From NCBI GenBank assembly GCA_028534125.1, contig CM052817.1, positions 12,030,001 to 12,094,000 on the forward strand: DNA of 64,000 nucleotides, given 5' to 3'. Source of the DNA: Lama glama. Taxonomy: Eukaryota. The notes beneath the pieces were generated by a model. That model did no database searches, was not told where the DNA came from, and saw only the letters and a program-made list of their open reading frames with translations. Numbering within the stretch: position 1 is the first letter of the stretch; each line of letters opens with the position of its first letter. Of this stretch, positions 25,721 to 37,209 are shown piece by piece. The translations under genes and the position numbers were made by a program.

Positions 25721-26312
25721 ACCTATGTCCAACTACACTTTTGGTTCCCAGGATGACAACCCTTAAGAGTTACCTTCACTAGTAATTTGTGTGAAAGTGA
25801 TTTGTGGAAGAGGAATTTGATTGGAGTAATTTGTGGGGGAGGAGTCTAGCTCCCTTCTAATTTCAGGGGTTCATCTGAAGGTTGGGAATTTGCTAACACC
25901 ACTTGCATGGAGGAAGGATATGACTGGAGTTCTAATGTGGAGAAAGAAATACACAAGACCAAGAGCAAACGTTGGAGTTGAGCGGAGGAGAAGGAACTAG
26001 CAAAGTAAAGAAACAAATAAGCAAATGAGCAATGTCAAATTAGAAATAGGAAAACTCAGTATGCAAATTGTGGAATGAGAGATGTGTCCAAAAGAATGGA
26101 TGCTGGTGTTCCTCATTACAGTAGAGAGCTTAAGGAAATCAACTTCTACTTCAGTAAGAACATCAGCTACCTTTAAGTGAAGAAGTGCCTGCAATGCACC
26201 AAGCAAAGACTCCAAGGCAGACCTAGGAGATCCAAACCATATCTTCAGAGCTAGGATTAAGAAATCATGTCTTAACGAGAGCAGAAAGAGAACCATTCAT
26301 GTCCCATTCGAA

Positions 26313-26643
26313 CAGTAGTTCTTAATCTGGGGAACTTTAAAAAAATACCTGCGCCTGGGTTTCACCCTCAAAAGATTCTGATATAATTAGTCTGAGAAGC
26401 CTGGCGTTTTATAAAGCCCCAAGTTCATTCTAACATTCAGTCAAGTTTGAGAATCATGTACTGGAGAGTGGTTCTCAAAGTATGGCCTGGACCAGCAGAA
26501 TCAGCTTCATGTATACATGTGCTGGTGCGGTGAATTCTCTGATCATTCCCCACACATGCAGAATCTGAAACACTGGAATGCGCCTAGCGTTTCATCAAGC
26601 TTTTTAGATGCTTCTGATGCACACTAAAATTTGGGAGCCATTG
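26313..26643. mobile_element. Two adjacent hAT-Charlie MITEs (MER5A1-like 26313-26458, MER5A-like 26466-26643)
   Basis: cagtagttcttaa…tttgagaatcatg and agtggttctcaaagtatgg…tttgggagccattg terminal inverted repeats. Confidence 0.8.
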
Positions 26644-27119
26644 TATCAGTATGGAGACTCAGTGGTGTTTTGAGGGGGGAAAAAGGCTAAGTTGTGGTCT
26701 TTGCATAGAAGATACAGGATAAGAAACTGAAGGTAGACATGAATGTATCCACAGCTTGGTGGTAGAGCATGGTTTTGCAGTTTCTCCCCCTTTTCCTTCT
26801 GCCTCTACTTCCATTTTGTCTTTGACTTCTGGTTTATGCAGCATTTTTCTATTTACTCAGGTATTAACATTGTATTTCTTAAACACTGTGGATAAGCTGA
26901 GCTGCCATAGATACTTTGTTCATGGTTGGAGATTTCAACGCTATGAAATTTGACATAGAGACAAGAGGGAATTGGAAGGGGAATGTAAACATGTCAGTGC
27001 TCAGAGAGGTGAAGTAATTTGCCTACTGCTTCTCAGTTATTACGTTGCAAACCTGGGATTAGAATCTAGGGCTATTTCTCTCTCTAGTATTTGTGCTTTC
27101 CCCCTATTATTGTGTACAT

Positions 27120-27400
27120 CAGTGTCTTCTTTCTGGGCACACTTCTAGACCATGATTTCTAGTCTTTCTTGCAGCGAGATGTGGCCATGTGTTTAGTTAA
27201 TGGGAGAAGAAGTGAAGTGCATCACTTCAAGGCTTGGCTTATTAAAATATCACCCCTCTTATTCTTTATGCTCTTTCTCTTTCTGATGGCTTTATGCAGA
27301 TGTGCTTGGCAACCCCATTAATGAGGAGGGTGCAGCGAACAAGATGGTAGGAGCCTGATTTCCTTGAATCAGCAGTTGTGACAAAAACTTTGGACTTCAC
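27120..27400 (+). mobile_element. MaLR LTR (MLT1H/I-like)
   Basis: cttctttctgggcaca…gtggccatgtg…agaagtga…caagatggtaggagcctg. Confidence 0.65.
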
Positions 27401-28560
27401 ATAAAATATTAAGACGACTTCTGAAATTTGAGTGGTAAATGAAAAAACAGCTGATAAAACACCCCAAATCTACAATGATCACTCAAAATGCTCCTACACT
27501 GGTGTTAAGCAGGTCTTCCTCCTTCTTGTCTCTCTGCTCACCATCACACCCAAAGCAGCTGAAACAGTCTGACATGCTTTTGCATTTGCTGTGACTGATT
27601 AATTTCTGCCCATAATTTGCCTGTTTTGTGTGGATTTAGGAGATAGACTTTTGCCTCCAGAACAGGATCCTGGTAGGACTCAGCATTCCACTCAGCAGTC
27701 AGAGCATGGCCAATCAACTAACAAGTGAGTTGATGTTTGTGCAATCAACTTACTAGGGTCTCTTAGAGCACTGCTTTACTGGTTTGCTGCTGATCTTTGA
27801 TTCAAAGCTCCCATTTGCTTCAGATATATTATTGAACCAAGCTTGCTGAGCAAATTAACCCCCAAGGGTTTTCTGGAAATCAGCAAAGCAGATTTTTGAG
27901 CCCATCAGACGTTCTTCAACAACATTCATGAGGTTAGTGTCATTAGAAAGAAAATTCAGATTATCTGCCTTCCTATGTATTTTTAAATGCACTTTAACTA
28001 GAGTCTGATGCTCCAACTGGTTCTCATTATGCACTAATTACTTGCTAAATTTAATTGAGAAGAACAAAGAAATTTTGAGTTATTCAAGGACAAAAAGTCG
28101 CCGATTCTCAAAAATATACATTTCTTACATTCCTGCTACTCAAAAATAGCTAACACATATTTTTTCAAGTTTCAGGGGAAAATCTCCCAGGCTAAGGAAT
28201 TTGTTCCAAGTTTTGTCAAGGAAAGAATTTATGCTTTAATTTTGTGCCTCAAAATAGAAGAAAGTTGGAGTAAGTCTATCTTTTTGGTTCTAAAATGCCT
28301 TTACTTAATGGTATTTTTTTAGCATGATTTTTGACTTTGACTTTTTAATCTTGACTTTGACTTTCCCAAAGTGTTGTAACTCTTGATAATTTATTAATAT
28401 TCATTTTTTTTTACCCAAATGCTTATGGACAGCTTTTCATGCTATGCACCTTCTTTGAAATTCACAATATCACCAGCATACTGAAAGTTCTGGCATGTCC
28501 CTCTGTAAAGACATCCTCCTCATCCTCCCCATTTTTGGTGGCACTTTTTGTTCCACCAAC

Positions 28561-28610
28561 AAAAAAAAAAAAAAAAAAGAAAAAAGAGAAGAAGAGAAAA
28601 AGAAAAAAAA
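28561..28610 (+). repeat. A-rich purine tract
   Basis: Poly(A) run followed by GA-rich low-complexity sequence. Confidence 0.9.
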
Positions 28611-28629
28611 TTTTTCCCAAAATACTCAC

Positions 28630-28890
28630 CCACTTTTGTGTTTTTCTATACTTTTCCCGGAAATTCTTTCTGCAAAAGCAGACTTGTCGGCAGCCTTAAG
28701 TGAGTAGGCCATGGGGCCCAGACCAAAGTTCACAATAGCTTACACCTGGTAAGAGGTAAATGTACGCATGCGCCAGTAGCGTGAGTCAGCATTGTGAACA
28801 CCACGCATGCGCCAGTAGCGTGACCACTACGCATGCACCACTAGCATTATAAAAAGGACAACTGCATACACCTGAGGGCCGCCAGTTCGC
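28630..28890. promoter_or_regulatory. Candidate (possibly bidirectional) Pol II promoter
   Basis: TTCCCGGAA (28654-28662), three ACGCATGC(G/A)C NRF1-like motifs (28764, 28803, 28829), GTGAGTCAGCA ARE/AP-1 (28781-28791), TATAAAA (28848-28854), Inr CCAGTTC (28882-28888), local CpG enrichment. Confidence 0.65.
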
Positions 28891-29054
28891 TCGGCTTGCC
28901 ACCCGCTTGAACTGCAAGAAAGCGCTGTTTTGCTCCATGTCGGCTCCTCATGCCTTCTTCCAGTTGGAGCAACGCACCTCCTCGGATCCCTCTCCAGCCT
29001 CCCGTGGCTGACAAGACTTCTTGTTCTTTTGTTACTTCACCTGTTTCTCTCAAA
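28884..29054 (+). other. Candidate first exon of an unidentified transcript
   Basis: Begins at an Inr match downstream of TATA and ends at a strong donor AAA|GTAAGT (29054/29055). Confidence 0.45.
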
Positions 29055-29389
29055 GTAAGTCCTTAAAATGTGGTTCTAACACATTTGAATTCCTGTCATT
29101 CGTATCATTTACTATCCTCTTCATCATCTAGAATAGCACAATGCTAGATACTCGATATGTATTTCTTTAAAATCTGGCTAAAGAAGACAAGTAGAAACAG
29201 ACAGTAGAAGTGTCTAAAAATTCTTCTTTGCTTCCCTATGTAAAGTGTGTGAAGTTTCTCAAGTTGCTTTAGATTTTTCTGTTGAGATTTAACCTGCTTG
29301 GATGAGACTGTAATACAATCAGTCTGGGCAGCAACGTGTAATTGGGAAAAAACAGGTTTGTTGTCAAGGACGTGCTCTTCAAGGTCCAG

Positions 29390-29580
29390 TGGACCTAGTT
29401 CTGACCTAGAAATGCTTTCATAATATAACTCCATTATAATTACATATTGCTTGTTTTCCCTGCTGGACTATAAATCCTTGAGGGCAAAAGCTCTGTTACC
29501 TCCTCTTCCTCTATATCTTCACAGCCTAGTGCAGTGACTGAGAGAAATACTCAATGGACATTTAGTAATGTGTGACTGAA
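29390..29580 (+). mobile_element. L2 3' end
   Basis: ctggactataaatccttgagggcaaa…cacagcctagtgcagtgactg…tactcaat. Confidence 0.7.
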
Positions 29581-30049
29581 TTTGCTATTTTCCTAGAGAA
29601 AGAAGCTCTGTCCCTCTAATTCAGCTGAGTGGTCAAGTTCTATGTTTTGGGGACTTGGATTCCTAACATATTCTCAGCTCATGATCTGGCAGGGAATTCT
29701 CCTTACTTACAATTTGCATCATAACTCTAATTTCAAAGAAAATAGTTTAATTCTCATAGGTCACCCTGTATTAATGGATGGCTTATTTCCCAGACTCTGT
29801 TGCTTGCACTTACTGCTCTAAGTTTGAAAACTTTATTTGAGATAGAAGTATCACATTAACCACCAATAAATTTTCATTCATCATATCCACAAATGATTGG
29901 ATTGTATTTGGCTTCCAAAATCAACTGTAGAAGCAAAATATTAATCTTTAGGAGATGTGAATCAGCTGAGATTGCTTCATGTAGCTGGATTCAGGAAGTC
30001 ACTGTCCATAATTTGAAACCGTTTAACTGGTTAATGTTGTTAAAAATAT

Positions 30050-30480
30050 TTATGACACTTGTTAATGAATGGTAAGGTAGACTTTATTCATGTATGTCAT
30101 GATAGAGACCTCTGCAGTGGGGTTTTTGCAGTAGGGGCTAGAGATTAGGCAATTGAAGGCAAAGTGGGAATTTATAGCCAAGGAGCAGAGTGAAGAAGGA
30201 GAATTACTAACAGGAAACATCAGGAGTAAGGAAGATTTTTGGTTAAACCAACCTAATGCGATTCTTGCCGAAGCCAGGCCAAGGTAATCAGACATCACCT
30301 GATGAGTGGTAGAGAATGAGTGATCCTTTTGGATATGAAAGGTGATCAGATATTGCGGATGGGGATTCTGCTTAACTGACTTAGCAGGATTCTTGCTGAA
30401 ATCAGACAATGCAGAGACAAAGGAAGCCTAAGAGCCAAGGCCAAGCTGGGTAGAAGATTCAGAAGAGTCTGACTAGAGTT
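30050..30480 (-). mobile_element. ERV1 LTR (MER31-like), runs into gap
   Basis: ggtgatcagatatt…ggggattct…aactgacttagcaggattcttgct…ctgactagagtt. Confidence 0.8.
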
Positions 30481-30980
30481 NNNNNNNNNNNNNNNNNNNN
30501 NNNNNNNNNNNNNNNNNNNNNNNNNNNNNNNNNNNNNNNNNNNNNNNNNNNNNNNNNNNNNNNNNNNNNNNNNNNNNNNNNNNNNNNNNNNNNNNNNNNN
30601 NNNNNNNNNNNNNNNNNNNNNNNNNNNNNNNNNNNNNNNNNNNNNNNNNNNNNNNNNNNNNNNNNNNNNNNNNNNNNNNNNNNNNNNNNNNNNNNNNNNN
30701 NNNNNNNNNNNNNNNNNNNNNNNNNNNNNNNNNNNNNNNNNNNNNNNNNNNNNNNNNNNNNNNNNNNNNNNNNNNNNNNNNNNNNNNNNNNNNNNNNNNN
30801 NNNNNNNNNNNNNNNNNNNNNNNNNNNNNNNNNNNNNNNNNNNNNNNNNNNNNNNNNNNNNNNNNNNNNNNNNNNNNNNNNNNNNNNNNNNNNNNNNNNN
30901 NNNNNNNNNNNNNNNNNNNNNNNNNNNNNNNNNNNNNNNNNNNNNNNNNNNNNNNNNNNNNNNNNNNNNNNNNNNNNNNN
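30481..30980. other. Assembly gap (500 N)
   Basis: Run of exactly 500 N. Confidence 0.99.
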
Positions 30981-32084
30981 TTTTTATAATGAAGTATAAT
31001 TAATAAAATTTGGGAAATACTCTCTGGAACATGATGGACTTTTGAGAACATCTTTGCCAATATTTTTATTTTTTCCAGCTACATCCTATATTTCTAATAA
31101 ACCTGTAAGTCTCCAGCATGTTCACGTCTAATATTAAAACTCATATAAAAAGTGGAATTTCAGTACTGCAGTACTGTGATATTTAGGGTCATGGATCACT
31201 GGCTTTCCTGGCCCCCAAGATCTCACAGAGAAAGCTGATTCCCACATTGATGGTCAAGGTAGGCTGTTAGTATCAAAGGCATAGGGAAAGAGATGAGACA
31301 CAAGGAGATGCTAAAACGTATGCCTCTTTGACCTCTTAAATGGTGGGAGAATTATGGGCTTTGAAGATGGGCATCTGGGGTGGAAAAAAAAACTCCACCT
31401 TTTCCATTATCTTTAAAACTGGGAATAATAATACTTATTCTTCAGGGTTGAATAAGATGGTACCTCATACTTCTTAGGAGTGTTATAGATTAGAAATATT
31501 ATTCCATAGCTATATATGGGAGTTCTTATTCCACAGGTAAGACAATGTAGTTGTTAATTTCCCACATTAAAACTAGCCTTTTAGCACCCCATTTGAATCC
31601 CAGAGAATGTTCAACCTTTAATTTCTTCCTTGAATTCTCTTTTCCACCGTAACTTCTGTAATTGAAACCATAAGGGAACTTACATGTTGGGTTTATTACA
31701 CTCTCAATGCTAAGATACAAGAACTCAATAAAACATCTTTACAAGAAAATACTTGGTAAACTTCTTGAGGACTAAAGATTTCATCTGGTATTCTGATTCT
31801 ACAGTCTTGGTGGAAATTGGAGGAATGTGCTAAGTGAATGTTAACTGTCTAGGGGGAAAGAGCTATCACCAAAGCACACACATCATTGTCTTCATCATTG
31901 GAAGGTGGCAACTGATAGAATTTCTCATCTGTGTGTATTACTCACTGTGTCGGCAAAATTAGATACAGTTTTCTTTCATCATTTGTAAAGTGGAGTTGAC
32001 ACTGATATCAAAGGTGAAGAGTATGGGCTTTGGGTGTTATGATTACCTTTGATTATTTAAGAATTAAGGAACTCGTAACTACGT

Positions 32085-32338
32085 ACAATAGTAACATCAA
32101 AGATCACTGATCACTGCTCACCATAACAAATATAATAATAAAGCAAATTTTTCAATATTGCAAGAATTACCAAAATGCGATCCAGAGACATGAAGACAGG
32201 AAATGCTGTTGGAAAAATGGCATTATTAGACTTGCTTGACACAGGGTTGCCACAAACCTTCAATCTGTAAAAAAAAAAAAAAAAAATACAATATTCATGA
32301 AACACAATAAAGGGAAGAGCAGTGAAACGAGGTGTTTG
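32085..32338 (-). mobile_element. Tigger1 DNA transposon, 5' terminal fragment
   Basis: acaatagtaacatcaaagatcactgatca…gctgttggaaaaatggc…cagggttgccacaaaccttcaat…aaacgagg. Confidence 0.88.
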
Positions 32339-32499
32339 AAATAGAGATACACTTTAAAATTGAAAGCTACATACAAATAAGTGTCACTGTTTTAATATAT
32401 AAAGAGCTGTTGTGTGTGTGTGTGTGCATGACTTTTGACTGGTTCTTAGGTCTCATATTAAACTTCCCAAATGCTCAGAGTACTATTAAAAATCATGCA

Positions 32500-33960
32500 G
32501 AAACCTATCTTACTATATGTCGTGATTTAATATGCTATAATGAACGTATAGCACATCTATGGAGAAATGAAAGATCACTTAATAAATTATATTGGTACAA
32601 TCGCTGAGCTATTTGAAATGAAGGCCAATTTATTCTCTCTTCTGTAGGGAATATTTATCATTTTTGCCAACTCGACATCTTTTGAACACCCATATTATGC
32701 TTGGAGAACGTCCCATCATATAAATTTTGTCTCTCCAAAGTCAAAACTTGGAACTGTCTCCCAGTCTCTTTCAAAGGTAGATAAAAACATCTGATGAAGG
32801 CTTCAACAATTTTCTCTACTATCTCATGGTTAGTAAGTAAAGGAATGGGTGATGCTTGGACTCTGTCCTTTGGCAGGGATGGTGACAGGAACATCTGACT
32901 TTGTAGTCATGATCCCAGACTAATATTTCATTTTGCCCCACTCATCAAAAGAAATTTGACATAGATTGAATAGTTACATTCTAAAATTTAGATTTTTAAG
33001 GCATATATAAAAAATAAAAGTGACTTGCTATCAAATCTAGTAATGAAAAAGCATTTTAACTTTTTAAAAAATGGAAATTGTAAAAGGAAAATCAATATAT
33101 TGATAATAAAAATGAAATTATTTTCTCTCTGTAAATACATTTGACAAACACAACGTGCAATATATTAACATTTTATTATACAATAAGCTCAAAGAAGACC
33201 TATGACAACACAAATATTGTTACTGAAAGCTTGAGTTAAGTGACAAGAAAATGAGAGAAGATGAATTTTAAAAAAAGGCTAATATTTGAGTAAAATGTTC
33301 TAACTTATTGGTAATGAAAGAAATTTAAAGTAAAGCTATGACAAAACATAATTTATTGTCTGTCAAATCGGTGCTATTTTGCTTTTTTAATAGAAATATC
33401 TCATGCTGATGAGTGCATAGAACTGGTTTACTTATATGTTGGAGAGAGTATGATATAACCTTTTGTGGAAAAAATTTAGAAATATGTATCAAAATATTAA
33501 TGTTTTCTGAGCTAGTAGTGCCTCTTCTAGGAATATTTCGTTAAGGAAATAGTCTGAAGTATCCACAAAGATTTATACATATGGTGCTTATTGAAGCATT
33601 AATTATTAAAGTACAAAAATTTAAAGTACGTAAGGTAAGTTAAATATCTAACAGTAGAGAAATGTTTAGGTACATTACAGATGATCATGTAAGTGAATAT
33701 TCCTGAATTGTTAAAATTGTTAAAATATTAAAATCATGTTTCTGAAGAGTTCTCAAATAACATGAAAAATACACATATTATAATTTTTATGAAAATTGAG
33801 GTAACAAAATTATCTCTGTAGCCTGAGCTCAACTGTAATATACAGAGAAACAAGGTGGGAAAGATGTCAGCAACCAATTCTTCTGGGGATAATTTAGTAG
33901 AATTTTTTTCTTTTTGTATGCATTCATATTTGCAAATTAAATTTTTTGTAATTAGAAAAG
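32500..33960 (+). mobile_element. Very old LINE-1 (L1ME-like) 3' region
   Basis: Degenerate ORF2 end and 3' UTR (cctcttctaggaatatt…aaggaaata…aatatctaacagtagaga). Confidence 0.55.
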
Positions 33961-34306
33961 AAAGTCCTCTAAAATTAATTTTGCCCACAAGAACAACTGG
34001 TTTGACTAAATTTGGTTTAAAAATAAAATGTTAAGTTAAACAAGTCTTTGTTGGAGACAGTTTGATGGAAAAATTAGTTTTTCATTTTTCCACTGCCAAG
34101 ATCATTTATTTCAGACAATGCTTTTATCTTGTGCCCTGCTTAGAAAACTCACAGGCTCCCTGTTCTTCATCCTCTCAAGTCTAAGTCTCTTTGACTGCTT
34201 TTCAAGGCCTTAATTTTGTTCCAGGGAAAATTATTCCTCCTTCCTCTGCCTTCTGCTTGTCTATACTCTGATGAGTGTTGAGAAAACCCTTGGAACTCCA
34301 TCCTTG

Positions 34307-34308
<2 letters not shown>

Positions 34309-34378
<70 letters not shown>
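34309..34378 (+). repeat. Compound microsatellite (CA)16(CT)19
   Basis: Direct reading. Confidence 0.97.
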
Positions 34379-34383
<5 letters not shown>

Positions 34384-34940
34384 TTTGGACTGTCTGCTCA
34401 TCAGTCTGAGAGAAATCGTGTTGCACATTCATTTATTCAACAAATACTTGCGTTTCTACTGTGGATCAGGTATTGGAGATGCAGAGCTCAAGATGTTCAG
34501 GAGTCTGCTCCCATGAAGTTTTTGCCCAGAGGAAAAGTCATTTAGCATCAACCCTCTAAAGACCATGAGGTGGATGGACTCCTCTACAAATGTAAAGAAG
34601 ATGCTGTTGAAGGCATTTTTTAAATCATTCTGTTTTACCCTGTAAGGTTATATGCCATTTTTATTTTATAAAGTATTATTTAAAAAGCATTGTTTCCTCT
34701 AAGAAATCAGTTTGCTTCCTCCTCTCCAGTAAGAATAAGGATATGACACATCCTGTTTCTCTTTTTACCCTGGCTACAGGAAGATTAGTGACATATTCTT
34801 CAATTGCATTGACATCTATAAAAATTGGTGTACTTATATTAGCATTATTTTGGGACATCAATTTTTTTTTCTAACTGCATTGCTTTCTTTTGTGACCTGT
34901 AACATCTTGTAAGAAGGCTCAACCTTTTGAAAAGAAAGCA

Positions 34941-35325
34941 GTGCTATCCAGATGCTGCCTACTGGATTAAAGTACTCATTTTCAGCTGCTTGGAGTGGTG
35001 GTGACCATTGGCTCTCACCCAAGTCCCTCTTTGGTAACTGCTCTTAGTCAAAAAAGCCCAAGGCTATATTCCAATCACTGTGGCAGCCCATATCCAATAC
35101 TTGGTTGACTGAGGCAGAGGTAGAAAGATTCTGATCCCTTTTTCTCAAGGGAGGTTAATGATGAAGGTCATCCTAGATCAACTGCATTGCAGTTCACCTT
35201 CTTTCGTAGCCCAGCCGTGCATCTCCAGCCCTCACAGATGTTGTTCCCCACAGCACTCAGCAGTGAGTCTCATACATGCAAATTTCACTCTTAACATCTG
35301 TTTCCTAGGAAATCCTACCTACAAA
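34941..35325 (+). mobile_element. ERVL LTR (LTR16A-like)
   Basis: gcagcccatatccaat…actgcattgcagttcacctt…catgcaaatttcactctta…tctgtttcctaggaaa. Confidence 0.75.
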
Positions 35326-35858
35326 AGCTAGATTAACAAAAAGTGAAAATGGTAATATTCCCTGCTACCCACAGGTGCCGTCTACTGCATGAGCTCAATA
35401 ACCTTGCTGCCCCAACCTCATTTTTATATGTCCAGGAAAACACCCTCAGTCATTGATCTGCATTTTGCCATGAACATTTGCAGATCTCAGTTAGAGTCAC
35501 ACTTCTTAGCACTTAATTCTTACTTGACTTCTGTTATTCATTGTTGTTTCAGAATGTTTAGAGCCATATGGTTGTACTTGACACCCTTCTCAGTGATTCT
35601 CATCTGTTTTTTGCATTCATGGTAAGCTTTCAACTAGTAGGAATTTTGGCAACTCCTTTAGAGAGGTTAAATTGCTCTCTTAGCTATTGTGCTACTTGTT
35701 CACTTTTAGCCTGTATCACTGTGTGTGCAGAGAATGTAATCTTAATAGCTGGACATGGCAATCTTATGATCACAAAGGGCAAAGCTCTAGTCTGTACATG
35801 ACCATTTGTGGTGCTCCTTGAGAATCATGATCTTCACGTCTACACTCATAATCAAGAT

Positions 35859-36312
35859 TGTCTTAGGGTGCTAGGACTTCCAAAACAGAGTACCACTAAC
35901 TTGGTGGCTTAAAACAACACAAATTACACTTCTGGAGGCCAAAAGTCCAAAATCAAGGAGTTAGCAGAGCCATGCTCTCTCTGAAGGCTCAAGGGAAGGA
36001 TACTTCCTTGCTACTTCCTAGCTTCTAGTGGTTGCTGGCAATCCTTGGAGCTCTCTGGTCTGTAAACTCATCACTCCAATCGCTGCCTCCATCATCATGT
36101 GACTTTCTCCTGGTAAATCTCTGTATCCAAATTTGCTGCTTCTTATAAGGACGCTGGTCATATTAGATCAGGACCCACCCTAATCCAGTATGACCTCATC
36201 TTAACTTGATCATATTTTCAAATACCCTAATTCCAAATAAGGTCATCTTCACAGGTATCAGGAGTTAAGACTTCAACATATCTTTTTGAAGGGCACGATT
36301 TGACCCTCAACA
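35859..36312 (-). mobile_element. MaLR solo LTR (MLT1B/C-like)
   Basis: TG…CA termini, ggtggcttaaaacaac, ccagtatgacctcatcttaact, ttccaaataaggtca; TSD aagat/aaggt. Confidence 0.9.
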
Positions 36313-36809
36313 AAGGTATACCTTGCTCTGGTCTTAACTCTCAGACCCAGCAAAACCAGTATGACAGATAATACTCATCTTCAGTTGAGTAAAGTTACTT
36401 TTATTTAAGACTGAAATCTGACACCACACCTAAGAAAAGTTCAGTGTGCAATGCATTAAATACCAATAGACCCACTTCTGTAGACGTTAGGTCTTCCTCC
36501 TTCCCACCCTCCACTTATCTGATGCCCTCCTCATTCCTTTATCTGACTGTACCTGCCTCTCCTTTGCCTGAGATGTGCTGGGTGCAACGTTGGACAGAAT
36601 TTTATAATTTCCTCTCACCTACTGTACCTTCTGTTTCATACCTTTTTTCTCCTCCTTTGCTCTTGTCCAACTTCATTGTCCTTTATATCAGTCTTCAGGA
36701 TTGTGGAAAATGATGAGTCATGCTGGTAGCTCATTTTCTAAATTTTCTATGTTAACTTTTAAAATGAAAGAAATACAGAACATTAATTTAGGAAGATGTT
36801 AAGAGAGAT

Positions 36810-37040
36810 TTTCAAAAGTGTGGGTTAGAGGAGCTCCTTGGACAAATACATTTAGGGAATATTATACACGAGGTCTCTGCTTCCAGATTCACAAGCTCTT
36901 TAGAGTATCTGGGTTATGGCAATTCCCACAAGCAAACAAAAGCAAACCAACAAAATATGTGTAGCTTGGTTTAAGTCAGCAATTTCCAAGTGTATTTAAT
37001 CATAAGGCAGACTGAGGAGAACCACACTGTGGAACTTTTT
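36810..37040 (+). mobile_element. MER103C-like MITE
   Basis: Similar to 14850-15112 (agattcacaagctctttag…tttaagtcagc…tttccaagtgtattt). Confidence 0.5.
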
Positions 37041-37209
37041 CAAAGCCTCTGTTGAGGGAAGCAAATAAAACTGTCACCATCTTGGTATGCCTCTCCACAT
37101 AGGAGGCTTTTCTAGATTAGTCTATGACCCCAACTGTTTAGATCCAGTAATGAGAATCCCAGACAGCAGCACCTGTTTCTAAGGGAAAGGCTCAGCGCCT
37201 TTTAGAATG

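Noticed and set aside
28439..28707. Lysine-rich ORFs (NLS-like)
   Set aside because: Simply translation of the A-rich tract at 28561-28610.
28764..28849. Spaced direct repeats as a CRISPR-like array
   Set aside because: Only three units with 18- and 5-bp spacers, mammalian context, no cas genes; better explained as duplicated TF sites.
30473..31060. 195-aa ORF
   Set aside because: Mostly X residues from the second assembly gap.
34202..34516. ORFs with RE/VC/TH/LS repeats
   Set aside because: Translation of the (CA)n(CT)n microsatellite.
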